This document shows positions 9,596-17,541 of a DNA stretch of 64,000 nucleotides, piece by piece. The notes beneath the pieces are model-generated. The model made no database searches. It was not told the origin of the DNA and saw nothing but the letters and a program-made list of their open reading frames with translations. The first letter of the stretch is position 1, and each line of letters starts with the position of its first letter. The stretch is from Methanobacteriota archaeon (GTDB taxonomy: Archaea; Thermoplasmatota; Poseidoniia; Poseidoniales; Thalassarchaeaceae): the NCBI GenBank assembly GCA_004195615.1, contig PSPW01000001.1:82881-146880 (forward strand). Reading direction: 5' to 3'. Made by a program: the position numbers and the translations under genes.

Positions 9596-10348
9596 TCAGA
9601 ATACACCGGAGTTCTGCTGCATCCTAGCGTACCATACGGACACGCCGAGGTGGCTCTCTACAATGTCGAACCCATTGAGGTCCTGCATCGAACGGAGGAT
9701 CCCAAAGTTGGCGAAATCTGCGCCGTTCGGCTCTTTGCCGCCAAAGAAGTCACCCCGTATTCCCTCGGACATGAGGTCCAGTTGGTGCTTGAGGTTCTCG
9801 CGTGGAGGGAGTTCGAACATTTTCGCTCGGCTCTTCCCCACCATGCGCATGATGAATCCTCCTAACCACTTGTTAATCAGGCGACTTCCGAACGAAAATT
9901 TGTCGACTCTGGTGACGTAGTCGAGGGCTTGGACAGAGGTCCTGTACGAGGTGTATATCACTGCTACGATTGACTTCCCTAGGACGTTGTTTGAGAAATC
10001 CATCCACTTGTCCTGCTCCAGGTCCTCTCCCATTCGCGGGAATGCCCCGGTGCCTTTCGAGTCGATGTAGTGTAGGATGTGGTTCGAGTCGTTCACCTGA
10101 GTTCCGTCGACATCGACGAACACGGGCACCTTCCCCCAATCGGACCACTTCAGTTGCGTCTTGAAGGTGGGGTCGACCTCGACCTTAGAGAACTCAATCC
10201 CCCTAGATCCCAGTAGTGCCTTAATCTTGAAGCAGAACGGGCAGGTCTCGAAGCAATACATCGTCGGGAGGCCGCCAACAACCCTCTCCGGGACCAGTTC
10301 ATCCTGCACACCCGAGGGTGTCTCCTTCGCTTCGGGGTCGCTTGTCAT
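9596..10348 (-). CDS. Glutaredoxin/GST protein resembling prostaglandin E synthase 2 (mPGES-2)
   Basis: YCFETCPFCFKIKA (CPFC), KVPV, NDS, and C-terminal FFGGKEPNGADFANFGILRS. Confidence 0.8.
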   Translation of the reverse strand: MTSDPEAKETPSGVQDELVPERVVGGLPTMYCFETCPFCFKIKALLGSRGIEFSKVEVDPTFKTQLKWSDWGKVPVFVDVDGTQVNDSNHILHYIDSKGTGAFPRMGEDLEQDKWMDFSNNVLGKSIVAVIYTSYRTSVQALDYVTRVDKFSFGSRLINKWLGGFIMRMVGKSRAKMFELPPRENLKHQLDLMSEGIRGDFFGGKEPNGADFANFGILRSMQDLNGFDIVESHLGVSVWYARMQQNSGVF

Positions 10349-10484
10349 GAAGATTCGCGATTACAAGAGTTTGTGAAACCATCGAAACGGAACTATCAGA
10401 TTGCCTCAGGCCGATGCGTTGCCGGAGTTCTAACTGCTGCTGCCATCATAGGAAAGAGTAGATGCCAGTAGAATCGTTTTGGGC

Positions 10485-10530
10485 CCCTAAGGGACGCTCC
10501 GGTTTTTTCGACCGGAGCATCCTCTAAGGG
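10485..10530 (-). terminator. Imperfect inverted repeat of about 20 bp downstream of the histone gene; putative terminator or stability hairpin
   Basis: Perfect core GCTCCGGT-ttttTcg-ACCGGAGC, extendable with mismatches to ccctaaggga.../...tcctctaaggg. Confidence 0.4.
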
Positions 10531-10580
10531 TTATGTTCGGGTAATCTCGATCTCTCTTTCTAAAACTCGATATTCTAAGA

Positions 10581-10937
10581 CTAGAAGTCGTTTGCGCGAA
10601 CGGTCTTTCGGCCGTTTGCCTGGGCTCTGGACACTGCGTCGGACACAGCGGACTCTGCTAGAGCGTTCATTGCGCCCATTGCGTCGCCACCGGTGTTGCA
10701 GCCGCGTGCCTTGAAGGCCTCCTTGACCCTGCTAGCTACGACCATACCCGAATCCGAGGTTCCGCTTCCGATGTCGTGCGAGCGGATCGTCTTTCGACCA
10801 TTAGAGCCGCATCTAGCCACAGCTGATGCAACTGCAGCCTCTACTGCTGCGTTCAGAGCGCCTGTGGCGTCTCCAGCGGTGTTGCACCCGCCAGCCTTTA
10901 TTGCTTCCTTCATTTTGCTGTTGTATACCATTGACAT
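10581..10937 (-). CDS. Histone-fold doublet (two short Bd0055/DUF1931-like histone folds)
   Basis: Two halves of about 57 aa: MVYNSKMKEAIK..GCNTAGDA...AVARCGSNGRKTIRSHDI and MVVASRVKEAFK..GCNTGGDA...AVSRAQANGRKTVRANDF. Each ends in the histone RKT-x4-D loop. Confidence 0.85.
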   Translation of the reverse strand: MSMVYNSKMKEAIKAGGCNTAGDATGALNAAVEAAVASAVARCGSNGRKTIRSHDIGSGTSDSGMVVASRVKEAFKARGCNTGGDAMGAMNALAESAVSDAVSRAQANGRKTVRANDF

Positions 10938-11063
10938 AGCGAGCCGGGCGAGCCAAAGCCCCATTTTGAAGGTTGGGGATGGGTTTCTTTGGCGTTGATG
11001 GGCGATTTGAGGCGATTTGACCGAAAATTAAGGGTATCAATGACCCCTCCGAAGTTCAGTAAC

Positions 11064-11786
11064 ATGGGCAAACCTAAGTTCGCATATCTACTCCTCAGGG
11101 AGCACCCGTACGGGAGGGAGATGCTGAGGCAAATCCTCTCGGAGGGATTCATTCCCGATGTCATAATCGAGGAGGACTCGAGACTCGCGGATGAGGAGAG
11201 GGAGAAGTTCCTCAAGAGGATGGAGGGCAACCCAATAGCTCGCGCAATTGAGGAGCAAGTCGTGGAGCATGGTATAGAGGTCGTCTCCGTTCCAGAGCAC
11301 AAGTCTCCTGAGGTCATGCCCCACTTGGAAGGCAGAGATCTCGACTTAATCGTCTTCGGTGGGACTAGGATCATCAGGGGGGAGATACTCGACTTCCCAT
11401 CCGACGGGGTGATTAACTCCCATCCAGGGCTGCTTCCCGAATGCCGTGGTTCGGCTTCCCCGGCATGGTCGGTATACCATGACATCCCCATCGGATCCTC
11501 CACTCACTTCTGCGACAACGGGGTAGACACCGGTGACCTCCTGATGAGGAGAGAGGTTCCCGTGACGAGGGGGGTGACATACGAGGATCTCTGCTACCAG
11601 ACCCTGGTACTCGCCGGCGTACTCATGAAGGAGGCGTTGATGGCATACGAGGACGGGAAATGGGGCGAAATCAGGAGACCGCAGGGTCAAGGGGACCATC
11701 CCACCTTCCGAAATGCGCCAGAAGAAGTCCTGGAAGTCGTCCGGCAGAAACTTAGGGACCAGACTTATGCGCACTACTCTGACTAG
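11064..11786 (+). CDS. Formyltransferase family protein (Formyl_trans_N domain only)
   Basis: INSHPGLLPECRG and DNGVDTGD catalytic motifs. No Fmt C-terminal domain. Confidence 0.85.
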   Translation: MGKPKFAYLLLREHPYGREMLRQILSEGFIPDVIIEEDSRLADEEREKFLKRMEGNPIARAIEEQVVEHGIEVVSVPEHKSPEVMPHLEGRDLDLIVFGGTRIIRGEILDFPSDGVINSHPGLLPECRGSASPAWSVYHDIPIGSSTHFCDNGVDTGDLLMRREVPVTRGVTYEDLCYQTLVLAGVLMKEALMAYEDGKWGEIRRPQGQGDHPTFRNAPEEVLEVVRQKLRDQTYAHYSD

Positions 11787-11794
11787 GTGATTAG

Positions 11795-12595
11795 ATGGGA
11801 AGCGAACTTGCAGGTTCTGATTTTCCTTTCGCCGAGGGCATACTCGAGGGAAGGACGGCTCTGGTTTGCGGAGCCTCGAAGGGGATCGGGCGCTCTTGCG
11901 CACTGATGTTGGCTCGCGCTGGCGCTAGGGTCATAGCCTGCGCGAGGACTGCTGCGGATTTAGATTCGTTAATCGGGCAGATGCATGGAGAGGGCCACCG
12001 CGCCGTTGAGTTGGACCTGGAAGACATAGATGCAGTTGTGGAAGCGGTTTCTGATTTGGGCATCATACACATCCTTGTGAACAATTCTGGAGGCCCCCCG
12101 GGAGGACCGCTGCTAGAGAACGAGCTTGCAGACTTCGAGGGGCCGTTTCGAAGGCATCTCCATGCAGCTCATACGATCACCAAGGCGCTAGTTCCGTCAA
12201 TGGAGTCAGAGGGGACCGGTCGAATAGTGAACATCATTTCCACTTCAGTAAGGGAGCCAATAGACAACATCGGCCTCTCCAACACCCTGAGGGGTGCGAT
12301 GGCGTCATGGGCCAAGTCCCTCTCACGAGAACTCCACCCTTGCATCACAATCAACAACATCCTTCCTGGGTTCACCGATACCGATAGGTTAGGGTCCTTA
12401 GCAGAGTCGATTTCTCAACGCACTGGCAGGCCAGTGGATGACGTGCAAGAAGGGTGGATGAGCGGTGTGCCGATCCAGCGCCTAATCGACCCGATGGAAA
12501 CCGCTGCCGCAGTGACATGGCTCTGCCTGCCCAGCAGCAGTGGAGTTCGCGGAATCAGCCTAGCGGTTGATGGTGGACGAATGCGCTCGATTTGA
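11795..12595 (+). CDS. SDR-family oxidoreductase
   Basis: LVCGASKGIG, ILVNNSGGPPGG, IISTSVREP..LSNTLR, ITINNILPG, VDGG. Confidence 0.9.
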   Translation: MGSELAGSDFPFAEGILEGRTALVCGASKGIGRSCALMLARAGARVIACARTAADLDSLIGQMHGEGHRAVELDLEDIDAVVEAVSDLGIIHILVNNSGGPPGGPLLENELADFEGPFRRHLHAAHTITKALVPSMESEGTGRIVNIISTSVREPIDNIGLSNTLRGAMASWAKSLSRELHPCITINNILPGFTDTDRLGSLAESISQRTGRPVDDVQEGWMSGVPIQRLIDPMETAAAVTWLCLPSSSGVRGISLAVDGGRMRSI

Positions 12596-12603
12596 GGGGT
12601 CCG

Positions 12604-13845
12604 ATGGAGTTCGATATTTTCTTCTCGATTTCCCAGACTCCGGACACGTCCGGATTCAAACCATCAGAGAATGAGATGTTCTCGAGCTTCTTCGATCAGG
12701 TTGTTCTTGCCGACGATCTGGGATTCAGTGTGGGCTGGGTGGCCCAAGCTCACCTGTCAACGGAAGTCCAGAAGAGAAACAGCAACCCAGTGGTTCCTCA
12801 CTACCCCGGGGAGGTCGGGCTGTGCACAGACTTCTTCCAAGTGGCTCGTGAGATGTTCGCGAGGACAAAAAGGATGGACGTTGGAAGTGCTGTGATGTCC
12901 ATTCTGGCCTCAGGCGGTCCGATAGCTCAGGCAGAGAGGGTCGGCTCATTCTTGGCACTCCATGGCATCGACCCAACGGAGGGCAGGAAGCTCCACATCG
13001 GATTCTCCGCTGGTCGCTTCGAGTTCATGGCCAGACCGTACGGGATAGTCCCTCGTGATGACATCGAGGAGGCAGCATGGCCAGCCCTCAGGGGCCAGAT
13101 CTTCTCCGAGGCATCAGAGATCTTCCTCAGATTACTGAACGGCGAGGTCGTGTCAAGCGATACGGTGCCCCGTACAGTACTTTCCAGAGCCAACTTCAGG
13201 ACTGATCAAGACTGGGAGAGGGTTCAGAGCGCGGCAGTAAAAGAGCGTGGCCTGGACTCGCCTCCGGAATCGATTGAGATAGGCAACAGGTATGTCTTCG
13301 AGGAGATTAAGACCATCCCCCAAGACTGGCGGAGAGAGCTCCTGAATCTGGTAATAGGGAGTCACGACCCGAACCTCCAGGAGAGAGTCAACAGATTCAG
13401 GCCTGTGCAAGTTTTCAACCTCAGCATCACCCCCCCGCACATCATCGAGGAGACGCATGAGCGCATGAGCGCGAGCTACCACAAGGACGGTGGACCATGG
13501 AGTAGGAGGATGATGCCACGAACAGTGATGGTGTTCGTAAACGACGAGGAAGGTCTGACAAAGGAACAGCAGGACAACGCTGCGATGGAGGAGGCACGTT
13601 CTGCACTTTCGACTTATTGGAGCGCCTTGGAAGGCACTATCGATCCTAGCAAAATAGAGAGTGCCACCGACAACGCGGTGATTGGAAGCGTCGAAAGCGT
13701 GAGTGAACAACTCTCGCAGAGGTTTCATTCCGGCGACCGTATAATGTGCTGGTTCGACTTCTTCAACCACGACAGCGAGAGAGTGATGAGGAACATGGCG
13801 GTATTCATGACCAAGGTCGCACCCCGCGTGAATGGGGGTTCCTGA
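12604..13845 (+). CDS. LLM-class flavin-dependent monooxygenase (divergent)
   Basis: FDIFFSI...QVVLADDLGFSVGWVAQAH...VGSAV...AERV, and C-terminal IGSVESVSEQL...FMTKVAPRV. Confidence 0.8.
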   Translation: MEFDIFFSISQTPDTSGFKPSENEMFSSFFDQVVLADDLGFSVGWVAQAHLSTEVQKRNSNPVVPHYPGEVGLCTDFFQVAREMFARTKRMDVGSAVMSILASGGPIAQAERVGSFLALHGIDPTEGRKLHIGFSAGRFEFMARPYGIVPRDDIEEAAWPALRGQIFSEASEIFLRLLNGEVVSSDTVPRTVLSRANFRTDQDWERVQSAAVKERGLDSPPESIEIGNRYVFEEIKTIPQDWRRELLNLVIGSHDPNLQERVNRFRPVQVFNLSITPPHIIEETHERMSASYHKDGGPWSRRMMPRTVMVFVNDEEGLTKEQQDNAAMEEARSALSTYWSALEGTIDPSKIESATDNAVIGSVESVSEQLSQRFHSGDRIMCWFDFFNHDSERVMRNMAVFMTKVAPRVNGGS

Positions 13846-15030
13846 ATGGTCGAAGAAAGAGGTTTGAGGCCATCCAGCGTTTCCCCAGGCAGACCTGGGT
13901 CCTCAGTATACCCAACCAACCCACTAGGTGAGAAATTCGAGGGTATTGCCACCGGTCGCGATGTAGAGTGGGAGCCTCTGGTGGATTTCCGTAGACTTGA
14001 CGTATCGGAGAACACCATTCACGGGGCGATCTCGTGGTCGCACGGAACTGAGATCGTACACTCATTCGGAGGGAACGTACTGGTCTACGGGCGGTCGATG
14101 ATGAAGCCCCTGATGATGAAGACCTTTGCCACTGAGCTAGAGGCGGATGGCATAAGCTGGGAGCAGAAGGCGATTTCTTGCTCATCCCACAACGGCGATA
14201 CGGAGCACGTGGCTGCCGCGCAGTCGCTGCTCACAGAGTCGGAGTGGGGCCTGATGCAGTGCCCACTAGATGTGCCCCTCATCCAATTCGGAAGGCAGGT
14301 AAGGCGGCCCAGGAGATGGTTCCACACCTGCTCGGGAGAGCATGCAGCCATGCTGAAGGCGCTCAGGAGGATGGGGATTAACAGGGCTGGATACACCCTT
14401 CCTAACTCGCCATGGTTCCCGATGTACCTAGATGTTCTAAGGGGCATAATGGGAAAGCCAGATTGGGAGCCCCAGAGAGTCGCCAAGGATGGATGCGGCC
14501 TGCCGACGGTTTCCAATACGGTGGACGAGCTAGCGGTGATGTTCGCCGGTCTCGTCAGGGAGAAGGACCAGGACTGGATATGGGAGGCGATGAACAAGCA
14601 CCCGGACCTGATAGGTGGTTTCAACAGACTGGATTCGACATGCATGAAGGCCGGGGAAGGTAGCCTAATCGCTAAGGAAGGGGCTGATGGCCTCCTCGGT
14701 CTGGCGATTGAGCACGAGGACTGGCCAAGGGGCCTCGGCATCGTAATCAAGATCGCTCACGGGTGGAACTCTCAGGCGACTTGGTACGTTGCCAGAGCGG
14801 TCCTCGGCGTCCTAGGAATCACGCTTAGGAACCCATACCCACTCCACCGCCAGAAGGCCTTCATCGTCCCGAGGGTCGTCCCCGAGACGTACCTCGAGGA
14901 ACTGGAGCGGGTCGTGACATGGGACGAGTGGGATCCGAACAGAGACGGGTTCTCGATCGACTGGAAGGACTACTCCGAGGGGATGACCAGGCAAGACCCT
15001 TTTTCCAACGAGGGTGCGTTAGATGGATGA
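13846..15030 (+). CDS. L-asparaginase II (Rhizobium etli-type, class 3) family protein with variant motif
   Basis: RSMMKP, SSHNG, TCSGEH (family consensus NCSGKH), DGCGLP, AKEGADG, GIVIKIAHG. Confidence 0.8.
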   Translation: MVEERGLRPSSVSPGRPGSSVYPTNPLGEKFEGIATGRDVEWEPLVDFRRLDVSENTIHGAISWSHGTEIVHSFGGNVLVYGRSMMKPLMMKTFATELEADGISWEQKAISCSSHNGDTEHVAAAQSLLTESEWGLMQCPLDVPLIQFGRQVRRPRRWFHTCSGEHAAMLKALRRMGINRAGYTLPNSPWFPMYLDVLRGIMGKPDWEPQRVAKDGCGLPTVSNTVDELAVMFAGLVREKDQDWIWEAMNKHPDLIGGFNRLDSTCMKAGEGSLIAKEGADGLLGLAIEHEDWPRGLGIVIKIAHGWNSQATWYVARAVLGVLGITLRNPYPLHRQKAFIVPRVVPETYLEELERVVTWDEWDPNRDGFSIDWKDYSEGMTRQDPFSNEGALDG

Positions 15031-16477
15031 AGAAGTCGTCACAATCCTCAGCAACTACATCCGAGGACGTTTTGTCGAGCATGCCGGCTCAGAGTGGATT
15101 GACGTCGTGGAACCTGCCACGGGTGTAGTCTTCGCCAAACTGCCACTTTCCGACTCGCAGGATGTCGATGCAGCTGTTGAAGCGGCTCGCGAAGCCCAGC
15201 CTGGATGGGCTTCACTTGAGATTAAAGAGAGGGCTGATTGGTTGGACGTGATTGCGGACTCTCTAGAGGCATCTTTCGAAGAGATAGCGGAGTTGGAGAG
15301 CAGAGACACCGGGAAGCCTATCTCTCTCGCCAGAAACGTCGATGCTAACAGGTCTGTGGCAAACTTCCGCTTCTTCGCCGGGCTCATCAGAGAACAAGAG
15401 AGTGAGACCTTCGAGATGGATGACGCCACTAACTACGTGGTCAACAAGTCAGTCGGTGTCGGAGCACTGATCACCCCCTGGAACCTACCTCTATATCTCC
15501 TCTCGTGGAAGGTAGCTCCCGCCATCGGGATGGGTAACACCGTGGTCTGCAAGCCCAGCGAACTCACCCCCATGACCGCCGACCTCCTCATGAGGGTCAT
15601 CGATGGAGTTGGCCTTCCCCCCGGAGTGGTTAACCTAGTCCACGGTGACGGAGCGGGCGCAGGATCACCACTGGTCGCGCACCCCGAAGTCGACCTCATC
15701 TCATTCACTGGCGGCACGTCCACCGGCGAGAAAGTCGCGGCATCAGCCGCACCCATGTTCAAGAAGATCAGCCTCGAACTAGGAGGGAAGAACTCCAGCA
15801 TCGTGTTCGCCGACTGCGACATGGAGAAGACGGTTGCCGGAGTGGTCAGGTCAGGCTTCCTCAACCAGGGGCAGGTCTGCCTCTGCGGCTCGAGGGTCCT
15901 GGTCGAGAGCTCGGTTTACGACGAGTTCGAGGCGAAGTTCGTGGAATCGGTCGAGCAGATGCGAATCGGCGACCCTTCGGACGACTCGACTGACCTCGGG
16001 GCGCTGATCTCGAGGGATCACCTGCAGAAGGTGCAGGGGTACGTCAACCTCGCAATTGAGGAGGGCGGCAGGGTCCTCACCGGCGGTGCGCCCTGCCTGC
16101 CGTCAGAGTTCGAAGGCGGCAACTGGATGGCTCCGACTGTCATAGCAGACCTATCTCCCGAATCCAGATGCTCGACCGAGGAGATCTTCGGCCCGGTGGT
16201 CACCCTTCACAGATTCGAGAGCGAGGAGGAGGCGGTGGAGATAGCGAACGGCACCCGGTACGGCCTCGCAGGGAGCGTGTGGACTAGCGACATAGAGAGA
16301 GGGAAGAGAGTCTCTGAGGCTATGGAGACGGGCATGGTCTGGGTCAACACATGGCTCCACAGGGACCTACGCGTCCCGTTCGGCGGAGTCAAGGACAGCG
16401 GCGTCGGCCGAGAGGGCGGGAAATGGAGCCTGGGATTCTTCTCCGAGGCGATGAACATCTGCGTGAAGCACGACTAG
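15023..16477 (+). CDS. Aldehyde dehydrogenase, ALDH8 / 2-aminomuconic (2-hydroxymuconic) semialdehyde dehydrogenase type
   Basis: PWNLPLYLLSWKVAPA, FTGGT, ELGGKN, NQGQVCLCGSR, EEIFGP and VNTWLHRDLRVPFGG, typical of the ALDH8/AmnC/XylG clade. Confidence 0.85.
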   Translation: MDEEVVTILSNYIRGRFVEHAGSEWIDVVEPATGVVFAKLPLSDSQDVDAAVEAAREAQPGWASLEIKERADWLDVIADSLEASFEEIAELESRDTGKPISLARNVDANRSVANFRFFAGLIREQESETFEMDDATNYVVNKSVGVGALITPWNLPLYLLSWKVAPAIGMGNTVVCKPSELTPMTADLLMRVIDGVGLPPGVVNLVHGDGAGAGSPLVAHPEVDLISFTGGTSTGEKVAASAAPMFKKISLELGGKNSSIVFADCDMEKTVAGVVRSGFLNQGQVCLCGSRVLVESSVYDEFEAKFVESVEQMRIGDPSDDSTDLGALISRDHLQKVQGYVNLAIEEGGRVLTGGAPCLPSEFEGGNWMAPTVIADLSPESRCSTEEIFGPVVTLHRFESEEEAVEIANGTRYGLAGSVWTSDIERGKRVSEAMETGMVWVNTWLHRDLRVPFGGVKDSGVGREGGKWSLGFFSEAMNICVKHD

Positions 16478-16518
16478 GGCAGCAAGAGTGAAAGTCCGCT
16501 ATTCCCGGAACGGGTGGT

Positions 16519-17499
16519 ATGCCACCTGTAGGTATAGTGGGTCTCGGGTCTTACGTGCCCCCACGAGTGATGACCAACGAGGACTGGGCCGGGCTGATCG
16601 AGACCAGCGATGAGTGGATCACGACGAAGACAGGGATCAAGGAGAGGAGGATAGCCGACCCCGAGACCTGCACAAGCGACCTAGCGGTGCTCGCCTGCCA
16701 GCAGGCCATCGAGGACGCGGGCCTCACCCCCGATGACATAGACATGCTAATCCTGGCGACCAGCAGCCCCGACGTCCCGCTCTCATCCACGGCCGGGATA
16801 ACGCAGCACAAACTCGGTTGCAGCAGGACAGCAGCATTCGACATCAACGCTGTCTGCGCAGGTTGGGTGCATGCGCTGGACGTCGGCTCTAGGTACGCTG
16901 GCACGCCTGACTACGAGAACGTCCTGGTAGTGGGGGCGGAGGTGTACAGCAGGATCCTAAACTGGGAGGACAGGGGGACATGCGTGCTGTTCGGTGACGG
17001 GGCGGGGGCAGCAGTCTTGTCTGAGGTCGAAGATGGCAGGGGCATCCTCGGCAGCTGGATGATGTCCGACGGCAGCGGCTCGGGAGTGATCGAGATACCA
17101 GCAGGCGGCGTGCGAACGCCGATCACGTCATCCGGGTTCGCCGAGGGCGACCAGTACTTCCAGATGGACGGCAGGGCCGTGTGGCGCTTCGCCATCGAGG
17201 CCTTCCCACAGGCAGTCAGGGGAGTCCTCGACAGGATCGGCAGGGACCTATCGGAGGTCGACCTGATCATCCCGCACCAGGCGAACCTGAGGATAGTCGA
17301 GGCCGGCATGGAGAACCTGGGACTACCGATGGAGAAGACTTTCACCAACCTGCAGAGGTACGGTAACACGGCAGGGGCCAGCGTGCCGATAGCTCTCCGC
17401 GAGGCGTTCGACGATGGGGTACTGAGTAGGGGCGACCTCGTAGTCACGGCGGCCTTCGGCGGTGGGTTGGCCTGGGGTGCAAACGCATTCATCTGGTGA
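16519..17499 (+). CDS. fabH: Beta-ketoacyl-ACP synthase III (bacterial FabH type)
   Basis: TSDEWITTKTGIKERR, DINAVCAG (Cys), LFGDGAGA, IPHQAN (His), YGNT (Asn), FGGGL. Confidence 0.92.
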   Translation: MPPVGIVGLGSYVPPRVMTNEDWAGLIETSDEWITTKTGIKERRIADPETCTSDLAVLACQQAIEDAGLTPDDIDMLILATSSPDVPLSSTAGITQHKLGCSRTAAFDINAVCAGWVHALDVGSRYAGTPDYENVLVVGAEVYSRILNWEDRGTCVLFGDGAGAAVLSEVEDGRGILGSWMMSDGSGSGVIEIPAGGVRTPITSSGFAEGDQYFQMDGRAVWRFAIEAFPQAVRGVLDRIGRDLSEVDLIIPHQANLRIVEAGMENLGLPMEKTFTNLQRYGNTAGASVPIALREAFDDGVLSRGDLVVTAAFGGGLAWGANAFIW

Positions 17500-17541
17500 G
17501 CCCTCGAAAAGAACGAAATCAGAGGGCGTCTTTGCGGCGTC

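Noticed and set aside
11064-11786. Calling this gene fmt or purN
   Set aside because: It lacks the Fmt C-terminal domain and the PurN N-terminal SGxGSN loop, so only the family-level call is supported.
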